A DNA stretch of 20,000 nucleotides from an uncultured virus (IMG/VR IMGVR_UViG_3300028571_000012) (IMGVR_UViG_3300028571_000012), one strand, 5' to 3'. Numbered from the stretch's first letter, positions 8,289 through 17,104 are shown. Numbers and translations: made by a program. The notes: a model not told the origin generated them from the letters alone.

Positions 8289-10865
8289 TTATCCAACGAT
8301 TTCTTTGAATTCAACACCCGTTCGCGTTGCAATAAAGTTTAGAGTAATATAGTTAATTGAACGAGTAGGTTTGATGTAAATATCAGCAACAAAACGATTG
8401 CCGTCAATTATCTCACCTGTATTATTTGTGGCATCGCAAACAACTCGGAAGTCGGTAATACCACGACGGCCTTGAACATCGCGTAAAAACGGTTCAATTG
8501 TATTGCGGAATGAACTGCGAGTAAAATCATCATTTTGTTCAAACAATTGAAATTTGGCTGCGGTTGCAATTGCTTTTTCAAGAGTAATAAACAGTCTGCG
8601 CACGTTGATACGATCAAACGCACTTGGTTTTCTTTGAAGTGTTTTATCACCGTAAAGAATAATACCTTGTCCTGGGAAGGAAACGATAGGGTTTACACCA
8701 AGTTTGTAAATGTCATCACGAGATGTTTGATCGGCGTTGTATGCCAATTTAGTAATACCGAGTAATCCACCGCGGTTTAAACCTGCAGGTGAGAACCATG
8801 CGTCAGCAACACGATCTGCATTTGCGCAAAGTCCGGCCATATGACCGCATGCCGAGATCCAAACATATGAATCCGAATACTTATTGTAAACATAAACAGG
8901 TGTTGAATCCATGATAAGATAACTTGAACTGTTAATGTTATTTGCTTTATCGAGCAAATAAGTTTTCTTGGATGTATCACTAAATAGTGTTGACATATCA
9001 AGAGGAGCAGAAATAAATCCTACACAATCTTTACGCGCATTAACAATAGTCGCAATTGTATCATCAATTGTTTTTTGTGATGAAATAACATAAGTGTCAG
9101 ATCCTTGAACATATGTTTCGCTGAAAATAAAGTTAACATCAACCGTTTCGGAATCCGCAAAATATTGTAATGCAGATGTAATGTTTCCAGCTGTTGTAAG
9201 AGAACCGATAACGGCATTGTCGCATTGAATATTTTGTACACCTGCGGCCGTAGCAGCGGCATAACCACCACCTGTTGTTATTGTTTGAAAAATAGGAATT
9301 TCAACAATAATATTTGATGTTGAATTAATAGCAATATTAAGATTATAATAGTTATCGGCAATATCAATTCCTACATTTTCATCAATAATAACATCGAAAG
9401 ATTGTGACACAGGTGTTTGCGCAACACCATCAATAGTTTTAACAGTTGTTACGGTAACAGTAACCGGAGTTTCAGTTGTAACGGGAGCATCAACAGCAAG
9501 ACCGCCAGTTGTTGTTTCAACTGTTACAGCAACGCTGTATGTATTACCATCTTCTGCAAGGAGATTTGTAACAGTTCGAGGAACCAGGTTCATAACAACT
9601 CCAGGAGTTCTTACGGAAGTTGTTGCAGCGGTAATACCAGCGCTTGTATCATTGGCGTGTGCAATATTAAATGTTGTATCTGTAATGCCAGAATTGGTTG
9701 GCTTTTTAATAACTGTAAGGCTGTAAACAGCACCTGTACCACCTACTGTATAATGAGCGGTAATGTCTGCAGTTGCACTAAGCGCAGCGCGAATTTTAGT
9801 CGCAACTAAAGTAGCTGTGTTATCCGCTGTCGTCAGTGCAACCGGAATTACAAGAGGTGATTCTGTTACAAGAGCACTTGTAACTGTTACATTTAAGTTA
9901 CCAGCTGTGGTAGCTCCCGATGCTGCAACAACTGTTTGCGTCTCTACTTGTGCGGTACCAGTGGTGATGTCATAAGTATTATTATATCCAAATAATTTGG
10001 TGTCAACGGATTGAACACCAAAGGAATTAAGAACAGGTACGGTCGCAGTTGCACCCGTAGCATATACTTGAGCAATAGGTTTATCTGCTCGTTCCCATTC
10101 ATCGACGGCAACGGAACTTAATGAAGTAATGTAAATGTAACCAGAAGAACGATTAATTACATTTTTGTAATAATTTGTTGCGCCATTTTCTGTTTTTGCA
10201 TCACTTGCAAGTGACAGTCCTTCATATTTTTCCAAAATGGAACCAGGAATTCCTGTAATAACACCTTTTTCGTCGATGATAAGAACGTGAATTTCATCCA
10301 ATATTGGATCTGCTGCACCAATATTTGCCGCATAAGCGTCAGCGAAGGATGTTGAACTTGGTTTGCTTGAGAAATTTTGTCGGACAGTATTAGCAATAGC
10401 ATTGTTGGCCTCCCACGCCGCCTCGTTCGGACGAGCAATAATAACGCGAATACTGTCACCTGCTGCACCTGGATAGCGAGCAGTAATTGCCGCTGTTGTC
10501 ATAGGTGTTGTGATTGATTCGTATTCTTCAAGATTACGAATTAATCGTGTATCACCATTAGAAACAGTTTGACCTGCTACAGCTCCAGTCGAATTTTTCG
10601 CATCTGTTGCGACAGCACGAGAAACTTTAAGATTATTTCCGTATTTTAAGAAACTTGCTGCAGTAAAAAATGATTTTGCTGTGCTTGCATCCGGTGATCC
10701 GAAGTTTGTGATCAAGTCCTTTTCGGAACTTACAGTAACAAGTTGTCCTACAGGACCCCATGTGAAGTGACCGGCATAGCCACCGGTGCTGGAAGCGAGT
10801 GCTGGAATGACGTTGGTCAAGTCGATTTCATTGACTTGAACGCCTGGTGATATTAAGAATGCCAT
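8289..10865 (-). CDS. gp18: Tail sheath protein with an internal insertion
   Basis: N-terminal SPGV.V.EIDLT and F.WGP motifs; C-terminal WFSPAGLNRG, GDKTL, AFDRINVRRLF, IKPTRSINYITLNFIATRTGV.F.E motifs. Confidence 0.97.
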   Translation of the reverse strand: MAFLISPGVQVNEIDLTNVIPALASSTGGYAGHFTWGPVGQLVTVSSEKDLITNFGSPDASTAKSFFTAASFLKYGNNLKVSRAVATDAKNSTGAVAGQTVSNGDTRLIRNLEEYESITTPMTTAAITARYPGAAGDSIRVIIARPNEAAWEANNAIANTVRQNFSSKPSSTSFADAYAANIGAADPILDEIHVLIIDEKGVITGIPGSILEKYEGLSLASDAKTENGATNYYKNVINRSSGYIYITSLSSVAVDEWERADKPIAQVYATGATATVPVLNSFGVQSVDTKLFGYNNTYDITTGTAQVETQTVVAASGATTAGNLNVTVTSALVTESPLVIPVALTTADNTATLVATKIRAALSATADITAHYTVGGTGAVYSLTVIKKPTNSGITDTTFNIAHANDTSAGITAATTSVRTPGVVMNLVPRTVTNLLAEDGNTYSVAVTVETTTGGLAVDAPVTTETPVTVTVTTVKTIDGVAQTPVSQSFDVIIDENVGIDIADNYYNLNIAINSTSNIIVEIPIFQTITTGGGYAAATAAGVQNIQCDNAVIGSLTTAGNITSALQYFADSETVDVNFIFSETYVQGSDTYVISSQKTIDDTIATIVNARKDCVGFISAPLDMSTLFSDTSKKTYLLDKANNINSSSYLIMDSTPVYVYNKYSDSYVWISACGHMAGLCANADRVADAWFSPAGLNRGGLLGITKLAYNADQTSRDDIYKLGVNPIVSFPGQGIILYGDKTLQRKPSAFDRINVRRLFITLEKAIATAAKFQLFEQNDDFTRSSFRNTIEPFLRDVQGRRGITDFRVVCDATNNTGEIIDGNRFVADIYIKPTRSINYITLNFIATRTGVEFKEIVG

Positions 10866-10929
10866 ATGTTTAGTTCAGTAGTGTTTTATAATAAGTTGTC
10901 ATAATAAGTTTGTAATTCAATCTAAAACC

Positions 10930-10937
10930 TATTTATA
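10930..10937 (-). promoter_or_regulatory. T4-type late promoter for gp18
   Basis: Exact TATAAATA, 64 nt before the ATG. Part of the palindrome TATTTATAAATA (10930-10941). Confidence 0.72.
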
Positions 10938-10949
10938 AATATCTAATTT

Positions 10950-12083
10950 TCACAGGTTGCCCCATTCCTGCATACTGTCAAGTGTTTCTTGATATTTTTC
11001 AAAACTTTCAAAATTTGAAGTATCGTTGTTACCATTATTTATAATACCAAATGGAGGTAAGTCTTCTTCCATTTCTCGAATTTTATCACTGTATAACAAT
11101 TCCTTAAGATCAACATTACTCATACCTCCAAAAGCATCGGTGGATACAAACCAGGCAAACATTACCAAATTCATAACCATATCATCATGTGCTGATCCAC
11201 TGGCGGAATAACTGTCACCTTTAGGTTCAAAGCTACTTAATTCTTGAATGGTATGTGCATCGCAAATTTGCAGTTTACCACTTTCAAGTAAATCTTTTAA
11301 ATTGCTACAACCTATTCGTTTTACTCTTTTGCTCATGGTAACACCAATGCCATTGCTTTTGGTGCTGCTTTGAACAAACATATTATCATATTCATAGTCA
11401 TAATATACGGCATTACAAACAACAATACCAGCATCATTATTTTCAATTACAACAAGTGCTTCATTGTATTGTTTGGCCGCGCGCATAATATATTCAGGAA
11501 ATATTAACGGAGAAACCATATTGTCTCGGTATGTACAAACAACTTTAAACGGCATGCTCGAAATATCAATTATGCTGAATGTGCTGTAATCTTGTCCACG
11601 ACCTTTACTTACATCCACAGTCATAATATAATCATGACCTTCCTCAGGTTCATAGTAATAGTTTATTCCGTGTTGTCGTTTTAATGGTTCAAGCGCCGAT
11701 AATCCAAGCAACGATTCGGATGATACCAATGTTTGAGAACTTCCGATAAACGAACAATTGTGTGATATAAAATTATCATTGGCCAAAAAATGATTAACGT
11801 CATCAACATGTAATATATCATACACGTCATCATGGCCACACTCTACAATATTATTAATACATCCAGCTTTTAATAAAACATCACCAATTTGTAATTCCGA
11901 AGCAGTCTGCCATTCGTGTAAAGAATTTAAAAATTTATGATCATATGTACATTTTATCGAGCTGTTTTCACAGATTAATTCTAATATTGCTTTATTTGTC
12001 GTTTTAGATATACCTGAAAAATCCTTAAAACCTTCTGTGGTAAGAATTTTATATTTTGATTGTTTTTTGGTATTAGTTTGCAT
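10950..12083 (-). CDS. gp17: Terminase large subunit, C-terminal (nuclease) fragment preceded by the split-intein C half
   Basis: aa 1-109 is intein-like (CTYDH, VYDI, SHN|C). The rest has gp17 RNase H-like motifs DVSKGRGQDYS, IENNDAG, KRIGCSNLKDLLE, HDDMVM. Confidence 0.95.
   Translation of the reverse strand: MQTNTKKQSKYKILTTEGFKDFSGISKTTNKAILELICENSSIKCTYDHKFLNSLHEWQTASELQIGDVLLKAGCINNIVECGHDDVYDILHVDDVNHFLANDNFISHNCSFIGSSQTLVSSESLLGLSALEPLKRQHGINYYYEPEEGHDYIMTVDVSKGRGQDYSTFSIIDISSMPFKVVCTYRDNMVSPLIFPEYIMRAAKQYNEALVVIENNDAGIVVCNAVYYDYEYDNMFVQSSTKSNGIGVTMSKRVKRIGCSNLKDLLESGKLQICDAHTIQELSSFEPKGDSYSASGSAHDDMVMNLVMFAWFVSTDAFGGMSNVDLKELLYSDKIREMEEDLPPFGIINNGNNDTSNFESFEKYQETLDSMQEWGNL
11757..12083 (-). 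mobile_element. Split intein, C-terminal half (IntC, about 109 aa)
   Basis: YKILTTEGFKDFSGI, block B TxxH (CTYDHKF), ASELQIGD, block F (VYDI.HV...HFLAN), block G terminal His-Asn followed by +1 Cys. Confidence 0.93.
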
Positions 12084-13047
12084 TTAAAAAATTAATACAT
12101 TGTCTAATAATTATATCTCTATTTCTAGGTTTACTAAATTCAGAATGTTTTATTCTTAAAACATCATATCCCAATGACCTCAAATATAAATCTCTCTTGT
12201 GGTCTTCATCTGTATTGTGAAAATAATCACCATCATATTCAATAACCTTTTTATTTAAAACAAAATCAAGGAAAATACAGTGTTTATTCAGTATACTATA
12301 TGATGGCATGTTTATACAAATTTCACCGCCATTTTCAGCACATCTACCGGAAAATCCAGATTCAAGCAAAGATTTAAAAAGAGTATTAGCAGCAATTTTA
12401 GATGATTTGACATTATTGTTTCTTTGTAAATTTTGAATGGCAATTTCACCCATTTTCTTTTTATATTTCTCTTGTTTTTCAAACCAATTTTCGTTATATT
12501 TTAATTTAAACCATTCAGCTGAATGAGTATTAATTCTCAGTTTTAACCATTTTTTATACTGCTTCTCATCATTATTTAATTCTTTTAATTTTTTAGTATA
12601 ATGATTTTGTTTGTTTTTATTGGAACATAAATGGTTACCACAACAATTATATCCAATATTATATGAAATATAATTGAACTTTTCATTACAATGTTCACAT
12701 ACATTTTTTATATTTTTATCATTCAATATAAAATTAACTAATTCAGAAATTTTATCACTACTAGCAATAAATTCAGATGTATGAAATTTAATAGATTTAT
12801 ACAATCGTTTATTTTTGTAAACTTTTCTATTGGTGCCTTGAGTCCAAGGTAGTATTTTTTTAAGTTCTATTTGTGTTTCCTCAAAGCTATATTCACTAAT
12901 ATCATTTTCTATGACCATTTCATTAGCACGACTTTCCTTTATACTATTTGAAAATTTTTCGCGATATTCCGGATTTAGCATTCGCTTCGAATTACCCGAT
13001 CCATATAAATCTTTTTTTCTTGGTTTTAAATCTTTACCTCTAGACAT
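12073..13047 (-). CDS. Free-standing putative homing endonuclease (Vsr/DUF559-like PD-(D/E)xK) with a Cys-rich putative zinc-binding segment
   Basis: C-terminal FLDF...KKVIEYDGDYFH..DE.HKRD.YL..LGYDVLRI; central CEHC..CCGNHLC. Lys/Asn-rich and visibly more AT-rich than flanking genes. Lies between the two intein halves. Confidence 0.85.
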   Translation of the reverse strand: MSRGKDLKPRKKDLYGSGNSKRMLNPEYREKFSNSIKESRANEMVIENDISEYSFEETQIELKKILPWTQGTNRKVYKNKRLYKSIKFHTSEFIASSDKISELVNFILNDKNIKNVCEHCNEKFNYISYNIGYNCCGNHLCSNKNKQNHYTKKLKELNNDEKQYKKWLKLRINTHSAEWFKLKYNENWFEKQEKYKKKMGEIAIQNLQRNNNVKSSKIAANTLFKSLLESGFSGRCAENGGEICINMPSYSILNKHCIFLDFVLNKKVIEYDGDYFHNTDEDHKRDLYLRSLGYDVLRIKHSEFSKPRNRDIIIRQCINFLNAN

Positions 13048-13052
13048 AAAGT

Positions 13053-13060
13053 TATTTATA
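13053..13060 (-). promoter_or_regulatory. T4-type late promoter inside the intein/endonuclease element
   Basis: Exact TATAAATA, 5 nt before the endonuclease ATG, within the 21-nt spacer after the gp17-N stop. Confidence 0.8.
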
Positions 13061-13068
13061 CTATTTGA

Positions 13069-13956
13069 TCAAGAAAATTGCTGATAATATTCATTTAATG
13101 TTATTTTAATAATTTCATTTGATTCTTTATCTTTAAGAGTGATAAGTGTATCACCATGCAGACAACTATATTCCTGTTCAAACTGAAGTTCGCTGGTGTT
13201 TGCAATTGTTTGTCGTTTCCATTCTTCATCTCGACCAGGAACATCTTGCCAACGAATTCGGAACGGCTTAAACTCGTTGCTCTTTTGTATTGATCCTTCC
13301 CACAGTTTATAAAACATATTACCAACACCGTTTGGCGTGCTTGTAATAATAACTTTAGTTTCCTTACCAGATGAAATAACAGGATACGTCGAAGTATAAA
13401 ATTCATTTGCATTTTGAACGAATGCAAATTCATCCATGAAAATAACGTTCAAGGATAAGCCTCGAATACTGCTTGAACTTGTGGCTGCTGCAATAATCTC
13501 GCTGTTATTACTAAATCTTATACTTCCTTTATTTAGTACCTTACATCCAGGTTGAAGGAAAAATGGTAAATTTTCCAACATAAGTGTAAGTCGACTTAAC
13601 ATTTCTCGAGCAGTGGCGCCTTTGTTGGCAAGAACACCAATCTTTTTTTCACCGTTAAAAATTACATAATGAAGCAACCATGCAACCGATGTTATACTTT
13701 TACCACTTTGGCGAGGAGCTAAAACAATACTAAATCTATTATTACTATAATGATCAACCAATTTTGTTTGATAACCACGCAATTTAAATGGTACCAATCC
13801 GTTGTCAAGATCAATAACCTTGACGTAGTGCTCGCAAAAATATGCCACACTATTCATGCACTTTTGATATTCAGTTATTTCATGTGCGGTAAAATTTTGT
13901 TGGACTCCATCACCTTTGACACGTGGATTTCCAAGATAAAAGTTATTGCCAATCAT
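13069..13956 (-). CDS. gp17: Terminase large subunit, N-terminal (ATPase) fragment ending in the split-intein N half
   Basis: YLGNP, Q motif LRGYQ, Walker A PRQSGKS, Walker B IFMDEFAF, motif III ITSTPNG, then QFEQEYS followed by an intein start. Confidence 0.95.
   Translation of the reverse strand: MIGNNFYLGNPRVKGDGVQQNFTAHEITEYQKCMNSVAYFCEHYVKVIDLDNGLVPFKLRGYQTKLVDHYSNNRFSIVLAPRQSGKSITSVAWLLHYVIFNGEKKIGVLANKGATAREMLSRLTLMLENLPFFLQPGCKVLNKGSIRFSNNSEIIAAATSSSSIRGLSLNVIFMDEFAFVQNANEFYTSTYPVISSGKETKVIITSTPNGVGNMFYKLWEGSIQKSNEFKPFRIRWQDVPGRDEEWKRQTIANTSELQFEQEYSCLHGDTLITLKDKESNEIIKITLNEYYQQFS
13072..13164 (-). mobile_element. Split intein, N-terminal half (IntN, 31 aa)
   Basis: CLHGDTLITLKDKESNEIIKITLNEYYQQFS then stop. 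Intein block A (C1-L-x-x-D-T-x-I). Confidence 0.92.
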
Positions 13957-13978
13957 GTTAAAAATATTTCATTTTGTT

Positions 13979-14007
13979 GTTTACATACTTATGTATTATG
14001 TTATAAT
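13979..14007 (+). promoter_or_regulatory. Putative sigma70 / T4 early-type promoter, antisense to the late operon
   Basis: GTTTAC (13979-13984), 17 nt spacer, TATAAT (14002-14007), with TG at the extended -10 position. Confidence 0.55.
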
Positions 14008-14075
14008 AATACTAGATTCCAATCACGCCTAAACAATCCTAAAATATATTGTCCTTTAGGATCGCGGAGCGAAGG

Positions 14076-14528
14076 TTAAATATCAATAGTATCCTTTAAG
14101 GCGTTGGTTTTAAGTAACTTTTGTAATTCGGTTGTAGTACCCACAAATATTGAATTATTGGTAGTAGTACTTTTTACAGATCCAGGCTCAGGTTCCTGAA
14201 CAATCTTTTTACGTTCCTTTTGCAAGCTTAGTAATTGACTGTTCATATCCGCAGCACTTTTAATCATAGCTGATAGTACTTCAAATGCTCTTGGATGTTC
14301 AGCATCTGATGCAAGTGAGTGCATTGTGGCTATTGCATCATCACTTGTATTTATTAGCTTTTTAATATGACTTCTTGCAAAGGAATAATCTTCCTCGGCA
14401 TCAACAATAATATCGTCATTTGACGGTCCTTTTTTAATGTTTTGTTCAGTACAATTGCGTTGAACAATTGGTAAATTTGCATTCAAATTGGACAATATAT
14501 CATCCTTAGTTTTTTTGGTATTGTACAT
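14076..14528 (-). CDS. gp16: Terminase small subunit
   Basis: DYSFAR, SEHPRAFEV-like motif (DAEHPRAFEV), NNSIFVGTTTELQKLL. Upstream of gp17. Confidence 0.95.
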   Translation of the reverse strand: MYNTKKTKDDILSNLNANLPIVQRNCTEQNIKKGPSNDDIIVDAEEDYSFARSHIKKLINTSDDAIATMHSLASDAEHPRAFEVLSAMIKSAADMNSQLLSLQKERKKIVQEPEPGSVKSTTTNNSIFVGTTTELQKLLKTNALKDTIDI

Positions 14529-14546
14529 AATATAAATTGTGCGTTA

Positions 14547-15326
14547 TCAGATAAATCCGAATGTTGTTTCTATTGTATGTGTATCATCAGGACCTGCGGT
14601 AAAAGGATTAACTTCAACTTTTACTCCACCAGCCGCAACGGTAGGATTGTTAACAAGTGTATTATCATAAAGTTTCACTTCAACTTTCTTAATAATACCA
14701 ACATTGGAATTTGGACTTGCAACAAATCTACATTTGACATTAAAATCCAATGTATAAATTAATGTTCTTCTTCCTGTTTCAAAACTTCCTTCATAGTCAT
14801 CCGAAAATGTTACACCTGTTAAAGTAATAGGAACATCAATTGAAGTATTTGGTCCTTCCAAATCTTTTACCGCAATTGTATATTCAGGTGTAAAGATGGG
14901 AAATATTTGTTCAACAATTTGAAGCGCATCATCTTGATTTCTTGCATATACACTGAGTTGTAAACCAATGTTATACGGAACACTTTGCCATTGTCTTTGT
15001 TTATGGTCTGAATCGCCAGCGATGGGAATTAGTGTTTGATTTAATCTGTTTAATTTTGATCCTGTATCATATTCAATACTTGCTATTTGAAAACTCATCC
15101 GTGGAACTTTTACTGCAACTAATGCAGTTTCCTTGGAATTAGGATCGTTGTTATAATTTAATCTTGCAAGTGTATGTTCCTTGGGACCATACGCCAACGG
15201 AACTCGAGCAACGGTAGTCATTTTACCATCAATTATTTTTGCTGTATGAATATTATTAAAAATACTACCAAATACGGCAATAATTTTTTTAATGGTACCA
15301 TTGTAATAGTAAGGATTGTCCAGCAT
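14547..15326 (-). CDS. gp15: Tail sheath stabilizer / tail terminator
   Basis: FGSIFNNI, VPLAYGPK, PRMSF, VPYNI, DALQIVEQI.P.F.P, DDYEGSF..RR.LIYTL.F motifs. Confidence 0.95.
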   Translation of the reverse strand: MLDNPYYYNGTIKKIIAVFGSIFNNIHTAKIIDGKMTTVARVPLAYGPKEHTLARLNYNNDPNSKETALVAVKVPRMSFQIASIEYDTGSKLNRLNQTLIPIAGDSDHKQRQWQSVPYNIGLQLSVYARNQDDALQIVEQIFPIFTPEYTIAVKDLEGPNTSIDVPITLTGVTFSDDYEGSFETGRRTLIYTLDFNVKCRFVASPNSNVGIIKKVEVKLYDNTLVNNPTVAAGGVKVEVNPFTAGPDDTHTIETTFGFI

Positions 15327-15328
15327 GG

Positions 15329-16261
15329 TTATGGTGTATCGTGTATCGGTTCTCCAAATGGATTATCAATTGAAAAGTCAATAAATCCATTTGCCCCTAT
15401 TGTTTTAAAATCATGATTTTGCATACCATCATCGTTACCATATGTTGAATCTCGAACATTTGTGCTTGCAACAACTGAATCAACTGTGGCAACATTACCA
15501 CTTACCGTTCCTGTTAATGTTGTATTTGGCGTTATAGTATGATATGCGCCGTCATTAAATGTTGTTGGACCAAGACGCGCAATGTCCGAATTGTCATCTT
15601 CGCTCTTTTTGTGATCAAGAAATTCAACACTTCCTGTAATGCCACTTGGTAATTGTATTATTAATGTTTCACCCAATTGGAATTTGTCTGTAATACTATC
15701 GTATGTTACTTTAAAGTTGGAAGCTTGTTGATTAAATCGCTGAACATCATCAACCACTTTAACTCCTGTATCAATTTCTTGATTGGAATATTCAAACAGT
15801 TCACATGTAAGTTTAAATGTCGGAACGTGACCTAATTGATAAAATGGTTTTTTGTCTTCAACATAACGAACTTCAAACAATCCTTTGGATAATGGCAAAT
15901 ATATAAGATCACCTTCACGCGGTCGTACGCCACCTTGAGTATAACCAAAACGGCCGATCATGGAATTCCAACGGCGGCGGCTGACAACAAAAGTAAGTTG
16001 ATCGCGAATTTCAAAACCAAATTTACTGAAAAGTTTTCCATCACCTTCCATTCCTTCAAAGCTTTCAATATACATTTCCAGCATAAAGGCGGCATTAAAA
16101 CTTGACAGCACATCTTCATTTAGTATGCCGTTTATTTGTGCTATTTTTCTCGGAATGTAGTATACATCATGTCCGTAGATCTTCATTGCTTCTATAATAA
16201 GATCATCATACAGCGATTGCTCGCTTTTTGTTCCGTGACTTATATAGACATTGCGGGCCAT
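15329..16261 (-). CDS. gp14: Neck protein
   Basis: EQ.LY.DLI.EA.KIYG.DVYYIPR, SKFGFEIRD, RPREGDLIY.P, PFYQLG, C-terminal DFS.DNPFGE. Confidence 0.95.
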   Translation of the reverse strand: MARNVYISHGTKSEQSLYDDLIIEAMKIYGHDVYYIPRKIAQINGILNEDVLSSFNAAFMLEMYIESFEGMEGDGKLFSKFGFEIRDQLTFVVSRRRWNSMIGRFGYTQGGVRPREGDLIYLPLSKGLFEVRYVEDKKPFYQLGHVPTFKLTCELFEYSNQEIDTGVKVVDDVQRFNQQASNFKVTYDSITDKFQLGETLIIQLPSGITGSVEFLDHKKSEDDNSDIARLGPTTFNDGAYHTITPNTTLTGTVSGNVATVDSVVASTNVRDSTYGNDDGMQNHDFKTIGANGFIDFSIDNPFGEPIHDTP

Positions 16262-16267
16262 GTAAGG

Positions 16268-16275
16268 TATTTATA
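16268..16275 (-). promoter_or_regulatory. T4-type late promoter for gp14
   Basis: Exact TATAAATA, 6 nt before the ATG. Confidence 0.8.
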
Positions 16276-16298
16276 TGTTAGCCGAAGTAAAATTCGAC

Positions 16299-17045
16299 TC
16301 AACCAACGTAAAAATCCGGCGGAAAAGAAAATTTCAATTCAAAGTCGGCTTCAATCTTTTCAATGTCCGCAAGTGCATCATCGTAGATTTGTCGGCCGTT
16401 AATTGTTACACCACCAGGAAGTACCATATTTTCAAACTTTAATAAATTTTGACCCCATTGGCGTTTTAACAGTGCTGTCAAATATCTTTTAAACATCATA
16501 TCATTATAAATGTCAGTATAGTTTTGAGGGTTCAATGTTTGATATCCTTCAATAATAATATACTGTCCTATTGCAACATGTGATTTCCAATCATCATGAA
16601 TTTTAATTGTGTGCATGTGACGAGAAAAATTGATTTGTTGTGATTGACCTGTAAGAGTCATTTCAATCAAACCAAGATATTGTTTTGTCATTTCATAATT
16701 GACCAATCCTTCAGGATTTCGGAGACCGTAAAGATCATTAAGAAACATTTGGTACTTAATGTTAAACATGTCCGCAGCATATCCTGTATTAATTTTTAAC
16801 ACGCGAAGAACAACAATAACATCCTCAGGAATTGTGATATAGTCATTATCATAATCTTCTTGAGTTATTACATGTTTGTAAAACGTGCGAACAATACCAT
16901 CACTGTGATATTCTTGATAGTATTGTAATGCTTCATCAACGCGATCTTCAATTTGATCTTCGTCCAGATTGATTTCAGTTACAGGTGCACCTAAAGTGCG
17001 CAAACAATAATCAACCAATTCTTGTCTTGTAGAAGGTCGTGCCAT
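16299..17045 (-). CDS. gp13: Neck protein (head-tail adaptor)
   Basis: RQEL.DYCLR.LGAPV.EIN...Q.EDR.DEALQ, KRQWGQNL.KF..M.LPGGVT.NG, C-terminal PPDFYVG. Confidence 0.96.
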   Translation of the reverse strand: MARPSTRQELVDYCLRTLGAPVTEINLDEDQIEDRVDEALQYYQEYHSDGIVRTFYKHVITQEDYDNDYITIPEDVIVVLRVLKINTGYAADMFNIKYQMFLNDLYGLRNPEGLVNYEMTKQYLGLIEMTLTGQSQQINFSRHMHTIKIHDDWKSHVAIGQYIIIEGYQTLNPQNYTDIYNDMMFKRYLTALLKRQWGQNLLKFENMVLPGGVTINGRQIYDDALADIEKIEADFELKFSFPPDFYVG

Positions 17046-17051
17046 AAATGT

Positions 17052-17059
17052 TATTTATA
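17052..17059 (-). promoter_or_regulatory. T4-type late promoter for gp13
   Basis: Exact TATAAATA, 6 nt before the ATG. Confidence 0.8.
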
Positions 17060-17104
17060 AATTATTTTATTACCTGAGCATATAAGACTGAGATATTAAA
17101 GCGG

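Noticed and set aside
10888..10910. Direct repeat ATAATAAGTT x2 in the gp18 leader
   Set aside because: Short and AT-rich, so plausible by chance. No other support for an operator.
12073..13068. Group I intron or frameshift as the explanation for the interrupted gp17
   Set aside because: Both flanks encode clear intein blocks with intact splice-junction residues. Only 21 non-coding nt are present, far too little for a ribozyme core.
10950..13956. gp17 as a pseudogene
   Set aside because: All ATPase and nuclease motifs are intact, and the extein junction reconstitutes exactly.
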